Assembly (NCBI GenBank): GCA_963842525.1
Contig: CAWJGT010000001.1
Coordinates: 224,001 to 288,000 of the forward strand
Length of the DNA stretch: 64,000 bases
DNA from: an uncultured Holophagales bacterium
GTDB lineage: Bacteria; Acidobacteriota; Thermoanaerobaculia; Multivoradales; UBA5704
Reading direction: 5' to 3'
A program made the position numbers and the translations under genes. Positions within the stretch are counted from its first letter, which is position 1; the number at the start of each line of letters is the position of its first letter. The notes below the pieces were generated by a model that searched no databases, was not told the DNA's origin, and was given only the letters and a program-made list of their open reading frames with translations. Below are positions 30,831 to 41,186 of this stretch, in pieces.

Positions 30831-32450
30831 TTAGGGGACGTCCAGCACTGTCCCGTTCCACCGCTCCCGCGCCAGGTCTTCGACGATCACGGCGAGCTGC
30901 CGGGCTCCCTGGGGAAGGGAGATGGCGGCGGTGTGGCTCCAGCCCTTCTCCGGCGCCGCGATGCCGGGGAGCGGCTCGTGGCGGATCTGGAGGGTGCCGT
31001 CGGCGCCGACGAACGCGAGGGAAAGGCGGACGGCGGCGGGATGGGCCGGGCTGGAGGCCTGGAAGGGCGCGATGTCGAGCTGCAGTCGGGTGGGATCTCC
31101 GGGCGTCCCGGCCGCAAGGTCCGTCCGCAGCGGCAGGGTGCGGTCCAGGGAGGCGTCGTCCAGCAGGCGGCGGAGCCGCGCCTCGGCGACCTCCGCGGGC
31201 GTCGACGAGCGCTGCCACTGGCGCGCCCGCAGCCGCTGTCCCGAGCGCAGTTGCGCCTGCACCGCGTGCAGCCGGCCGTCGCGCGGATCGGGCGCCTGGA
31301 ACCAGAGGTGCCAACGCCCGGCCAGGCTGTCGAGAGTGGAGTCGAGCTGCGCCTCGAAGGCGACGAGCTCGCCGGCCGTCACGTTCACCAGCGCCCGCAG
31401 CGGCGAGAGGTCGGGCTGGATCTTGGTCTGGACGATCCCTTCCCAGCGCAGCTCGGTGTCCCGCGGTTTTTTCGGGGCCATGACCGGCGGCACCGAGCCG
31501 GAGCTTCCGAGCGTATCGCCGCCGCCGTGGTTGACGCGGAACCGGTCGACGTCCTCGGGCGCGTTGTCGTGCTTGCCCAGCTCCTCCGGCTCGCGGAAGG
31601 GCATCGGCACGGTCACCCAGCCGTAGGCAGCGAGCAGGCGGGCGGCGTCCATGATGATCGCGGCGCGCTCGGGAGCCTCGGCGGTGTTGGCGGCAGGGGC
31701 GGAGCCGGCTTCCAGCCGCTTCAGCTCCTGCGGCGAGACCTGGAAGCCGTCCGCGATCAGGAAGAGGAGGCGCGGCCCGGCCTGCGGCGCGGCCAGCCGC
31801 GTGACGAGCCGGTCGCACTGCCGGCGGAGGGTGGCGGCGTCCGGCCGGGAGGACGCTCCCGCCCCTGTGGTGGGACGCCCTCCGGGAGAAGGAGAAGGGC
31901 GGTCCCGCTGCCGGCCGGCGCGGGCCACGAGGTCGGCCAGCGCCTGCTCCACCCGGCGCGGCTCGCGGTTCGCCGCCAGGAAAACCTGCGGCTCGGGATC
32001 GGCGATCACGATCTCCACCGGGCCCAACTCGGTCAGGCGGGCGGCCCGCTTGGCGAGCGCCAGAGCCGCATAGAAAGCTGTATCCGGCTTCGCCAGGACC
32101 TCGTCGGCGTAGACCGTGATGGTCCAGTCGGGCAGATCGACAGCCTCGTCGCGGCCGAAACGGCTGCGGATCCGGCCTTCGGCGATGGGGCCGATGCGGG
32201 TCACCGGCCAGCTCCGCCCGTCCTCGATGACCACTAGGTCTTCGGGGCCGAGCGCCGCCTGCTTCAAGGCCGAGAGCTCCGGCACGGACGAGAGCCGCGG
32301 CAGCTCGACCACCATCTCGACCTCCCGGACCTCGATCTCCTCGGCCAGGGTCTGGGGAGGCGGGGCGGCCTTCTCTTGAGCCAGGCCGAGGCCGGCGAGG
32401 AGCGCTGCCACGAGGGCACCCGCGAGGATGGGTCGAGCTTGTGGACGCAT
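30831..32450 (-). CDS. Exported hypothetical protein, VWA-related Acidobacterial type
   Basis: Signal peptide; EEIEVREVEMVVEL; LGPEDLVVIEDG; LLFLIADGF; PDPRDGRLHAVQ; C-terminal LAVIVED. The domain call is tentative. Confidence 0.6.
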   Translation of the reverse strand: MRPQARPILAGALVAALLAGLGLAQEKAAPPPQTLAEEIEVREVEMVVELPRLSSVPELSALKQAALGPEDLVVIEDGRSWPVTRIGPIAEGRIRSRFGRDEAVDLPDWTITVYADEVLAKPDTAFYAALALAKRAARLTELGPVEIVIADPEPQVFLAANREPRRVEQALADLVARAGRQRDRPSPSPGGRPTTGAGASSRPDAATLRRQCDRLVTRLAAPQAGPRLLFLIADGFQVSPQELKRLEAGSAPAANTAEAPERAAIIMDAARLLAAYGWVTVPMPFREPEELGKHDNAPEDVDRFRVNHGGGDTLGSSGSVPPVMAPKKPRDTELRWEGIVQTKIQPDLSPLRALVNVTAGELVAFEAQLDSTLDSLAGRWHLWFQAPDPRDGRLHAVQAQLRSGQRLRARQWQRSSTPAEVAEARLRRLLDDASLDRTLPLRTDLAAGTPGDPTRLQLDIAPFQASSPAHPAAVRLSLAFVGADGTLQIRHEPLPGIAAPEKGWSHTAAISLPQGARQLAVIVEDLARERWNGTVLDVP

Positions 32451-32495
32451 CTGCGAGAGCTGTTCGCAAACTGCGTGCCTTCCGGAAAGCCCTGC

Positions 32496-32777
32496 TCAGT
32501 ACACTTCGTCGTGGCTGCCCACGGTCTCCAGAAGAATCGCTTCCGAACCTTCGTGTTCGACGAAGCTGAAGAGGACCCGGAGGTCGTACCCGCCGCTGCA
32601 GGCCCAGGATCCCTCCAGCTTCCCTTTGAGCTTGTGCGTGCGAAGCCGGGGATCGAACGCATCCTCCGCGAGGAGACTCATGGCCGTGCCGAGGTCGCGG
32701 GCCAGGGAAGCGTCTTTCCTGATCGTGCGGCGGGCGGCCCGCAGGAAACCGGGAGACGGCAGGAGCAGCCGGTTCAC
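32496..32777 (-). CDS. RelE/YafQ-family mRNA interferase toxin
   Basis: LRTHKLKGKLEGSWACSGGYDLRVLFSF...LETVGSHDEVY. Confidence 0.9.
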   Translation of the reverse strand: MNRLLLPSPGFLRAARRTIRKDASLARDLGTAMSLLAEDAFDPRLRTHKLKGKLEGSWACSGGYDLRVLFSFVEHEGSEAILLETVGSHDEVY

Positions 32778-32977
32778 GCGAGGATGTCGCCGAGGATCTC
32801 GTCCGGCGTTTTTGGGGCGCATCGGCCCGCCTGGAAATCGTGTCGGGCCTGCTGGATCTCCTTCGCCAGTCCTCCCCGGCGGCGCTCGATGAGCCGGCGG
32901 CGTACGATCTCGACCAGCTCGGCCTGCTCCTCGATGGTCATCTCGTCAACGGCATCCAAGAGCTCAGCGAATCGCAT
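32774..32977 (-). CDS. Antitoxin of the YafQ-like toxin
   Basis: 67 aa, overlaps the toxin start; FAELLDAVDEMTIEEQAELVEIVRRRL...TPDEILGDI. Confidence 0.8.
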   Translation of the reverse strand: MRFAELLDAVDEMTIEEQAELVEIVRRRLIERRRGGLAKEIQQARHDFQAGRCAPKTPDEILGDILA

Positions 32978-33014
32978 CGGACCTCCTATCTACGAGGCCA
33001 GTATACCGCTGCAC

Positions 33015-34731
33015 CTACCGGGCCGGATTGACGATCCCTCCCGTGCCGCTGCCGCGCGGGTCGGAGGCGGCTTCGACCCAGCCGTCGGCGAGACGGCGGA
33101 CGATGTGGACCTTGGCGGTGAGGTCGCTGACGTTGATCGTGTGGCCGCGGCGCTCCAGGTCGGCTCGGGTCTCGGGCGACAGGGTGTCGAATTCGGCGTC
33201 CAGGCGGTCGGGGAGCCACTGGTGGTGGAGGCGCGGACGGTCGAGCGCGGCCTGCAAGGGGTCGCCGTCGACGATCAGGTTGAGCAGCACCTGGGTGGTG
33301 TTGGTGGGGATGCGCGAGCCCCCCCGGCCTCCCAGGGCGACCGCCTCCTTGCCCTTCCAGGCGATCGTCGGCGTCATCGAGGAGAGCATCCGCTTGCCGG
33401 GGACGACCGCGTTGGCATCGCCCTGGACCAGGCCGAACATGTTGGGACGGCCCGGCGCCGCGGCGAAGTCGTCCATCTCGTTGTTGAGGAAGAAGCCAGC
33501 CTCGGGCACATAGAGGCCGCAGCCGAAGAGGCCGTTCAGCGTGGTGGTGAGGGCCACCAGGTTGCCCTCGCCGTCGACGACCGACAGGTGGGTCGTCTCG
33601 CCGCTCCCGGCGACCTGCTCGGTCCCCGGCCAGGGGTGGATCTTGCTGGACGCGGTGGCGCGCTGGCGGACGATGCCGCGCGCCCGCTTGGCGATCCAGT
33701 CGGGGTCGAGGAGCTGCGCGGCCGTTGCCTTCGTGGTCGTCGGATCGCCGAGCAGGAAGCGGTCGGCGTAGGCGCGGCGGAACGACTCGGCGAGCAGGTG
33801 GCCGCGCTCGGCGCCATGGCGCGGCAGCTCCTTCCAGCCCAGGCGCTCGAGCATGCCGAGCGTCTGCCCGAGGATGATGCCGCCCGATGAGGGGAGCCCC
33901 ATCGAGGCGACCTTCCAGCCGAAAGCGTCGAAGACCAGCGGATCGCGCCAGGCGGGCTGGTAGGCGCCGAGGTCGGCGGCGGTGAGCACGCCGCCGTGGC
34001 GTCGCGAGGCGGCCTCGATGGCCGCGGCGGCCGGGCCGGTGGCGATCCCCTGCGGGCCCAGCTCGGCATAGCGGGCCAGCGTGGCCGCGAGGCTCGGGCA
34101 GGCGCAGGACGGTGCCGACGGCCAGCGGCTCACCCCCCGGATACCAGACCTGCGCGGTCTCCGGGAAGTTGAGGAGGAGCTTCCGGGTCTCCTTGGCGTC
34201 GAGCAGGTCGTGCAGATGGCGGTCGACCGGGAACCCCTCGGCCGCCAGCTTGAGGGCGGGGGCCACCACCTGGGCCCACGGCAGGCGCCCGTGCCGGCGG
34301 TGCAGCTCCCAGAGCCCGGCCGGCGAGCCGGGGACGCCGGCGGCGAGCGGCCCGACGACCGAAGCGCCGGGGATCGGCTCCCCCTTCTCGTCGAGGTACA
34401 TGCCGCGCCGCGCCGCGGCCGGCGCGACCTCCCGGAAGTCGAGGCTGGTTACCTGGTCCCCCATCCTGACCAGAGCGAAACCGCCGCCGCCGAGGTTGCC
34501 GGCCTCGGGATAGGTCACCGCGAGTGCCAGCGCGGTGGCCACCGCCGCGTCGACCGCGTTGCCTCCGGCTCGCAGGGCCTCCACCCCGGCCTGCGTGGCC
34601 AGAGGGTCGCCCGAGGACACCGCTCCACCGGTGCCGGTCGGCGCGCGCGGCGAGGCGGCGAGCGCCGGCAGGACGAGGAGGAGGGTCCAGGTGGTCGAGA
34701 GGACGGGGACAAGGCGGTGTCGTCGCATCAC
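33015..34731 (-). CDS. ggt: Gamma-glutamyltransferase (frameshift near 34090)
   Basis: GGNAVDAAVATA, NLGGGGF, DFREVAP, ETTHLSVVD (Thr nucleophile), LNNEMDDF, KRMLSSMTP, GGSRI. Confidence 0.93.
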
Positions 34732-34797
34732 GGTCTCCAGCGGGAGGTCGGTCCGCGCAAGAGGATAGCGGAGTTTCCGCGCGCGGCGCGCGGGGTG

Positions 34798-35527
34798 TCA
34801 GGGGAGGAGGGTCCGCTCCCGCTCCAGCCGTGCGCGGGCGGCGAGGTCCGGGTCGCGGATCTCCTTGTACCGCAGCTCCGCCTGCCGGAACAGCGAGGCC
34901 GCCTCCCGGGTGCGGCCCTGAGTGCGGCGCAGGGAGGCCTCGAATTCGAGCAGCCGCGCCTCGACCAGCAGGTCGCCGGTGCCGTGGGCGAGGCGGCCCG
35001 CCGCCTCACGGAGAGCCTCTTCCGCTCCCGGGAGGTCCGCGGTGCGGAGACGGCTCCGGCCTACGCAGGCCCAGGCCCGCGCCTCCATGTCCTTGACCAC
35101 GGGGGGGGCGTGGAGGCTCGGGGTCGAGGTGGGCCGCCGCGCGGAGGGCCAGCTGGGCGAGACGGGCGCATTCCTCCGGGTCCGCCTCCTCCGTCGCGAG
35201 GCTCCGCTCCAACAGCGCCTCGCCGACCCCCCAGATGTGGAGGAGCGGATCGCTCTCCACCCTCTCCGCCTGCGCGGCGGGCGGCAGGTCGAGGAGCGAC
35301 TCGCAGAGGGCAGGGGCTTCTGCGCGCTCCCGTTCGAGCGTCGCCCGGGCGCGGGCGAGCTGTTCCAGGAGAAGGGAGTCCTCCTCGAAATCCGGGAGCA
35401 GCAGGTCGGGATCAGGGTCCACGATGATCAGCTCGCCCGGGTCGCTGTCGAGGCCGTCGACGCCGAGCCCCTCCGGCGGTAACCGGTCCGGCACAAGCGC
35501 ACAGACTCCGGCGAGATCGGGTTTCAT
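34798..35527 (-). pseudogene. Shortened paralogue of the zf/TPR helical family (frameshift near 35105)
   Basis: LERERAEAPAL, WGVGEALLERS...DPEECARLAQLAL...LDP and DMEARAWACVG match fragments of the 17290-18646 gene. Confidence 0.6.
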
Positions 35528-35612
35528 GCCGTCCGTCCTACGCAGTCGTCCCCAGCTTCAAGAGACAGTTGCCAAAGACAGTGTCTTCAGGCCTCGAAAA
35601 GCGGACGAGCGC

Positions 35613-36759
35613 TCAGCCGACCTGCTGCGGCTGGAGGAGCTCGGCCGTGGCCGGGTGAACGATCCGGCCCTCGTGCGTCAAGAGGGAGCCGGCGAGCACC
35701 TCGTCCTGGACATCGACGGTGAGGCGTCCGTCTTTCCACAAAAGAAAAAATAAGGCCAGCACGTTGCGGGCATAGAGAGCGCTCGCGTCGTGCGGCATGG
35801 TGGCAGGCAGGTTCAACGGCCCCAGGATGAGGACGCCGCCGTGGACCACCTCGCGGTCCGCCTGCGAAAGCTCGCAGTTGCCCCCCTGCTCGACCGCGAG
35901 GTCGACGATCACCGAGCCGGGGCGCATCGCCCGCACCATGTCGGCGGTGACCAGCCGCGGCGCCGGCCGGCCCGGCACCAGCGCGGTGGTGATCACCGCG
36001 TTGGCCTGGGCGAGATGCTGCTGGACGATCTCGCGCTGCCGGCGCAGGAAGTCCTCGCCCATCTCGCGCGCATACCCGCCGGTCCCCTCGCCGCTCTCGG
36101 CGAGCGGCAGCTCGATGAAGCGGGCGCCTAGCGACTGTACCTGCTCCTTGACCGCCGGCCGGATGTCCGACACCTCGACGATGGCTCCCAGCCGGCGGGC
36201 GGTGGCGACCGCCTGCAGGCCCGCGACGCCGGCGCCCATGACCACGACCCGCGCCGGCTTGATCGTGCCGGCGGCGGTCATCAGCAGCGGGAGGTACTTG
36301 GGCAGCCGCAGCGCCGCCAGCAGGACCGCCTTGTAGCCCGCGATGTTGGCCTGCGAAGAGAGGGCGTCCATGGGCTGGGCGCGCGTGATGCGGGGCACCA
36401 GCTCCATCGCCAGGGAGGTCACTCCCTGGTCGGCGAAGGCGCGCACCGTGTCGAGCTCCCGGAACGGCGCGAGGAGCCCAATCACCACAGCCCCCGGCTT
36501 CAGGGCGGCGGCCTCGTCGAGCCTCCGGAGCCACCACCTTGAGCACGGCGTCGGCGGCGCTCCAGGCCTCCGGCCCACCTGCCACGATCCGCGCACCGGC
36601 GGCTTCGTATTCGGAATCCAGGAAGAAGGCGGACGCGCCGGCGCCTCGCTCGACGCCCACGTCCAAGCCGGCCTTCACCAGGCGCTTCACGGTCTCGGGG
36701 GTGGCCGCGACCCGGGTCTCGCCCGGCCGCCGCTCTTTTGGGATCAACACATGGGCCAT
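35613..36759 (-). CDS. pntA: NAD(P) transhydrogenase alpha subunit, soluble dI part (frameshift near 36535)
   Basis: GETRVAATPETV, VPRITRAQPMDALSSQANIAGYKAV, GAGVAGLQA, GEGTGGYA, GGNCE. Confidence 0.92.
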
Positions 36760-36772
36760 AGGAAAGCAGATC

Positions 36773-37804
36773 CTATCTCAGCTCGTCGCCGGGGAGCCGC
36801 TCCGGGTCCTCGTCGAGATGAAGGTCGCGCGCCGCCTGGGAGTGCTCGAAGTCGACCTCCGCCTGCGCCGGAGCGGGAGCCTCCTCGGGCGGGGCCGGCC
36901 GCAGCAGCGAGACCACGACCGAGACGGCCAGGATGCCCAGGACGATTCCGAGCGACAGCTCGATCGGGATCTCGAACCAGTCGTGGACCAGCATCTTCGC
37001 CCCGACGAAGACGAGCACCAGGCCCAGGCCGGAGCTCAGGTATTGAAATTTGTGCATCAGCCCGGCGAGAAGGAAATACAGCGCCCGCAGCCCCAGGATG
37101 GCGAAGATGTTGGACGTGAACACGATAAAGGGATTGCGCGTCACCCCGAAGATGGCGGGGATCGAGTCGACCGCGAAGACCACGTCGGTGGCCTCGATCA
37201 CGACGAGCACCAGCATCAGCGGCGTGGCCAGCCACCGTCCCTGCTCCCGGATGAAGAAGCGCTTGCCGTGGTAGTGCGGGGTCAAGGGGACGAAGCGCTG
37301 GAAGAGCTTGAGGACCGGGTTTTTCTCCGGATGGACCTCGGTCTCCTTCTGGGACAGGATCTTGATCCCGGTGTAGACCAGGAAGCCGCCGAAGACGAAG
37401 ATCAGCCAGGAGAAGCGGGCCAGCAGGGCCGTGCCCATGGCGATGAAGATGCCGCGGGAGATGAGCGCTCCGAGGATGCCCCAGAACAGCACCCGGTGCT
37501 GGTACTCCGGCGGCACCGCGAAATAGCTGAAGATGACGATGAAGACGAAGATATTGTCGAAGCTGAGCGACTTCTCGATGACGTAGCCGGTCAGGAACTC
37601 GAGGCCGACCTGCGGGCCGAAGCGCCTGTAGACCCAGAAGTTGAAGAGCAGGGAGATGGCGATCCACACCAGGCTCCAGGAGAGGGCCTCCCGGAGCCCG
37701 ACCCGGTGGACCTTGCGGTTGAACACGCCCAGATCGAGCGCCAGCAGAGCGAAGATCAGGGCGAGGAACGAGCCCCATTGCAGAGGGGTGCCGATGGTGT
37801 CCAT
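36773..37804 (-). CDS. terC: TerC/Alx family membrane protein
   Basis: EFLTGYVIEKSLSFDNIFVF, QHRVLFWG, DVVFAVDSIPA, SNIFAILGLRALYF. Confidence 0.93.
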   Translation of the reverse strand: MDTIGTPLQWGSFLALIFALLALDLGVFNRKVHRVGLREALSWSLVWIAISLLFNFWVYRRFGPQVGLEFLTGYVIEKSLSFDNIFVFIVIFSYFAVPPEYQHRVLFWGILGALISRGIFIAMGTALLARFSWLIFVFGGFLVYTGIKILSQKETEVHPEKNPVLKLFQRFVPLTPHYHGKRFFIREQGRWLATPLMLVLVVIEATDVVFAVDSIPAIFGVTRNPFIVFTSNIFAILGLRALYFLLAGLMHKFQYLSSGLGLVLVFVGAKMLVHDWFEIPIELSLGIVLGILAVSVVVSLLRPAPPEEAPAPAQAEVDFEHSQAARDLHLDEDPERLPGDELR

Positions 37805-37963
37805 GGGGCTGAAGGTCGTCTCGCGTACGTAGGCCGATCCGCTCCGGGCTGGCAGAGCATACCCGAAGGGGAGGAAAGAGAAACGCCCCGCGAGCCCGGG
37901 CGGGGCGTGGTCGGCGCCGCCGGAGGAGGACGGCCGGCCTTGGAAAGGCCGGGCTCTCCGAGG

Positions 37964-38231
37964 CTACTTGAGGTGGCTGTTCACCAGCTTGGTCATTTCG
38001 AACATGCTGACCGAGTCTTTGCCGTTGAACACCTTTTTCAGCTTGTCGTCGGCCCGGATGGTCCGCTTGTCCTTGGGATCCTGGAGGTTGTTGCTCCTGA
38101 TGTAGTCCCAGATCTTCTTGGTGACTTCGGTGCGGGGGATGGGCTCGGAGCCGACCACCGCGGCCAGGGCCTCGTCCGGCTGCATCGGTTTCATGAAGGC
38201 GCCTCCTGAGCTTCTTCTTTGCTGCTGCCAT
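37964..38231 (-). CDS. Stand-alone SWIB/MDM2 domain protein (frameshift near 38210)
   Basis: AFMKPMQPDEALAAVVG...RTEVTKKIWDYIRSNNLQDP...VSMFEMTKLVNSHL; GGAGGAG RBS before MAAAKKK. Confidence 0.9.
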
Positions 38232-38410
38232 CGTGCTCCTCCTCTATCCGGAAAGCGTTGGAAATCGTGAACTGCCGGCGAAACCTTCGCCCCGAGGCCC
38301 ATGCAATTTCCCGGCCTCCAGAGGGCGACCCTCCTCTTTCCTTCCACACTGGCACAGGAGGAGCCGTCACGGCAAGTCCGGGGGGCCCTTGTGCTAATTT
38401 TCCCCCCGCC

Positions 38411-39076
38411 ATGGCCTCCCGCTCCCTGTTCATCACCTTCGAGGGCCTCGACGGCAGCGGCAAGTCCACCCACCTGCGGCGGGCGGCCGCCTGGCTGGAG
38501 GGGCGGGGGATCCCCTGTGTCGTGACCCACGAGCCGGGCGGGACGCCGCTCGGCGACGCGTTGCGCGCGGTCTTCCTCGACAAGCGCTGGGGGGAGATGG
38601 ACGGCACGGTCGAGCTGCTGCTGGTCTTCGCCAGCCGGCGCCAGCACCTGCTCGAGGTGATCGAGCCGGCCCTGGCCGCCGGCAGGCACGTGCTCTGCGA
38701 CCGCTTCACCGACTCGACCCGCGCCTACCAGGGGTATGGACGCGGCGTGCCGCTGGACATCATCGCGCAGGTCGACCGCGTGGCCACGGGCGGGCGGACG
38801 CCGGACCATACCCTGCTGTTCGACCTGCCGGAGGAGGCGGCGCGGGAGCGCGGGCATTCGCCTTCGCGCACCAGCCGCGGCGGCGCCGACCGCCTGGACG
38901 CCGAGGGATTGGCCTTCTATGGCCGGGTGCGCCGCGGCTTCCTGGCGCTTGCCGCGGCCGAGCCGGAGCGCTTCCGGGTGGTGGATTCCTCCGGGAGCAG
39001 CGAGCGCACCCAGGAGGAGGTGCTGGCGGTGCTCGGCGGCTGGCTGGGTATGGGGGAGAGGGGGGAGGGGGCGTGA
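38411..39076 (+). CDS. tmk: Thymidylate kinase
   Basis: FITFEGLDGSGKST, HEPGGT, CDRFTDSTRAYQG. Confidence 0.96.
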   Translation: MASRSLFITFEGLDGSGKSTHLRRAAAWLEGRGIPCVVTHEPGGTPLGDALRAVFLDKRWGEMDGTVELLLVFASRRQHLLEVIEPALAAGRHVLCDRFTDSTRAYQGYGRGVPLDIIAQVDRVATGGRTPDHTLLFDLPEEAARERGHSPSRTSRGGADRLDAEGLAFYGRVRRGFLALAAAEPERFRVVDSSGSSERTQEEVLAVLGGWLGMGERGEGA

Positions 39077-39912
39077 GCCTCGCCAGCGCGCTGGAGACCG
39101 CCCGCAACGGCCGGCTCTATCCGGCGGTGATCCTCCACGGCCGGGACGCGGCGGCCCGGCAGCAGGCGGCGCTGGAGCTCGCCCGCACCCTGCTGTGCGA
39201 CAGCGCTTCGCCCGCGGCGCGCCCCTGCGGCGTCTGCCGGCACTGCCGGCGGATCGTCTGGCCGGCCGCCGATGGGCAGGGGCTCTTCCATCCCGACTTC
39301 CAGGTGCTGGAGCGTGATCTCAAGACCTCGACCTCGGTCGAGGCCACCCGCGAGTTGCTGAAGACGGCCCAGGTGTCCCCTTTCGAGGCGCGCGGCCAGG
39401 TCTTCGTGATCGCCAGCGCCGAGACCCTGAGCGGCGAGGCGGCCAACTCACTGCTCAAGAACCTGGAGGAGCCGTACACGACGGCACCCCGCCACTTCCT
39501 GCTCCTCGCCCCGGCGAGCCTCGACCTGCTGCCGACCTTGCGCAGCCGGTCGCTCGCCATCTTCCTGGGACCGGCGGAGGCGGTCGATCCGGCCGCCGCC
39601 GAGCCGATCGCGCGCGCCTTCGCCGCCGCCCTGGACGGCTGGGAGCAGAGCCGCGCCGCCATCTACCTGCTCACCGCGGCCGAGGCGCTTTCCGGGGCCG
39701 GCGGCTGGGAGGACCCGCGGGCCGCCCGCCCGTGGGGGCTCGCCGCGGCCGCGGTCCTGCGTTCGCTCGAAACAGGTCTGGGCGCCTCCCCGGCCGCGCG
39801 CCGTGCCCGCCTGGCGCTGGCCGAGGCCCTCCTCGGCGGCCCCGCGATGCGTCTGCGCGGGATCACCGCGGAGCGCATCCTGGAAGGGCTGGTCGCGCGG
39901 TATCTGGGTTGA
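39073..39912 (+). CDS. holB: DNA polymerase III delta' subunit
   Basis: PCGVCRHC zinc motif, HPDF, AANSLLKNLEEP, LLPTLRSR; follows tmk. Confidence 0.88.
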   Translation: MSLASALETARNGRLYPAVILHGRDAAARQQAALELARTLLCDSASPAARPCGVCRHCRRIVWPAADGQGLFHPDFQVLERDLKTSTSVEATRELLKTAQVSPFEARGQVFVIASAETLSGEAANSLLKNLEEPYTTAPRHFLLLAPASLDLLPTLRSRSLAIFLGPAEAVDPAAAEPIARAFAAALDGWEQSRAAIYLLTAAEALSGAGGWEDPRAARPWGLAAAAVLRSLETGLGASPAARRARLALAEALLGGPAMRLRGITAERILEGLVARYLG

Positions 39913-40006
39913 TCCACCCCTGTGCTAAAATGCCCGCCTGTTTTTGGAGTCCTCGATGGATTCGAGTCTCAGCCCCCAGGGGTCAAACGCGAAAAGGAGT
40001 CACCCA

Positions 40007-41077
40007 ATGAACCAGTTCACACGACGGGCCGGCGTCCTGGCCCTGATCCTGGCGCTCGGCGCCTGGATTCCGGCCTGCTCGGCGCAGGACAACACGAAGC
40101 CCTCGCCGGCGGGCAAGGCTGCGGGAGCCGGCGAGGTGCTCGCCACGGTCAATGGCCAGCCGATCACCGACGCCGACGTGCGCCGGGAGTCCGCCGAGCA
40201 GTTCGCGCGGCTGGAGAGCGAGTACAAGAAGAACCAGCACGACCTTCTCGAGGGGCGGCTCAACGAGATCATCCAGAACCGGCTGCTCGACGCCGAGGCC
40301 AAGGCCCGGAACACCACCAGGGAGCAGGTGCTCGCCGGCATCGCGTCCGCCGAGGTGACCGACGACGAAGTCGACGCCTTCTACGAGCAGAACAAGGCGC
40401 AGATCCCGCGCCCGAAGGAGCAGGTCGCGTCGCAGATCAAGGCCTACCTGGGCCAGCAGCGGCAGATGGAGACGCGCGCCAAGCTCTTCGAGGAGCTCCA
40501 GGCCAAATACAAGGTCGACATCAAGATGGAGCCGATGCGTGCCGATGTGGCCGCCATCGGCCCGGCCCAGGGCGGCCCGGCGAGCGCGCCGGTGACCATC
40601 GTCGAGTTCTCCGACTTCCAGTGCCCGTTCTGCGCCCGCGTGCTCCCGACCCTGGAGCAGGTGAAGGCCAAGTACGGCGACAAGGTACGGATCGTCTTCC
40701 GCCAGTTCCCGCTCGGCATGCACCCGCAGGCCCAGAAGGCCGCCGAGGCTTCGCTGTGCGCCGATGAGCAGGGCAAGTTCTGGCAGATGCACGACGCGAT
40801 GTTCCAGAACCAGCAGCAGCTCGCGGTGGAAAACCTGAAGGCCAAGGCCACCGAGCTGGGGCTGAACGCGGAGCAGTTCAACTCCTGCCTCGACTCCGGC
40901 AAGTTCGCCAACCAGGTCGCCGCCGACATGAAGGAGGGCGAGGCCGCGGGCGTCACCGGCACGCCGGCGATGTTCGTCAACGGCCGCTTCATCAACGGTG
41001 CGGTCCCGTTCGAGCAGATCGCCGTGGTGATCGACGACGAGCTGCGCCGCAAGGGCGACAACAGCTCCTCGAAGTAA
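40007..41077 (+). CDS. DsbA/thioredoxin-domain lipoprotein with a SurA-like N-terminal region
   Basis: Lipobox IPAC; VLATVNGQPIT; EFSDFQCPFC; GVTGTPAMFVNG. Confidence 0.9.
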   Translation: MNQFTRRAGVLALILALGAWIPACSAQDNTKPSPAGKAAGAGEVLATVNGQPITDADVRRESAEQFARLESEYKKNQHDLLEGRLNEIIQNRLLDAEAKARNTTREQVLAGIASAEVTDDEVDAFYEQNKAQIPRPKEQVASQIKAYLGQQRQMETRAKLFEELQAKYKVDIKMEPMRADVAAIGPAQGGPASAPVTIVEFSDFQCPFCARVLPTLEQVKAKYGDKVRIVFRQFPLGMHPQAQKAAEASLCADEQGKFWQMHDAMFQNQQQLAVENLKAKATELGLNAEQFNSCLDSGKFANQVAADMKEGEAAGVTGTPAMFVNGRFINGAVPFEQIAVVIDDELRRKGDNSSSK

Positions 41078-41098
41078 GCGCCGCCCCGGGCGAGCTGA

Positions 41099-41162
41099 GA
41101 GGGGCGTCCCGCGATGCCGGTCGATCCAATCGATCCGGCACCGGGGGCCGCCCCTTTTCCTT
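41099..41162 (+). terminator. Possible terminator after dsbA
   Basis: Long imperfect hairpin GGGGCG...GCCGGTCGAT/ATCGATCCGGC...CGCCCC followed by TTTTCCTT. Confidence 0.45.
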
Positions 41163-41186
41163 GCGCTCCCGATATGATCCTCCGTC

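Noticed and set aside
37964-38231. SWIB protein as a eukaryote-like novelty
   Set aside because: Stand-alone SWIB proteins are already known in many bacteria.
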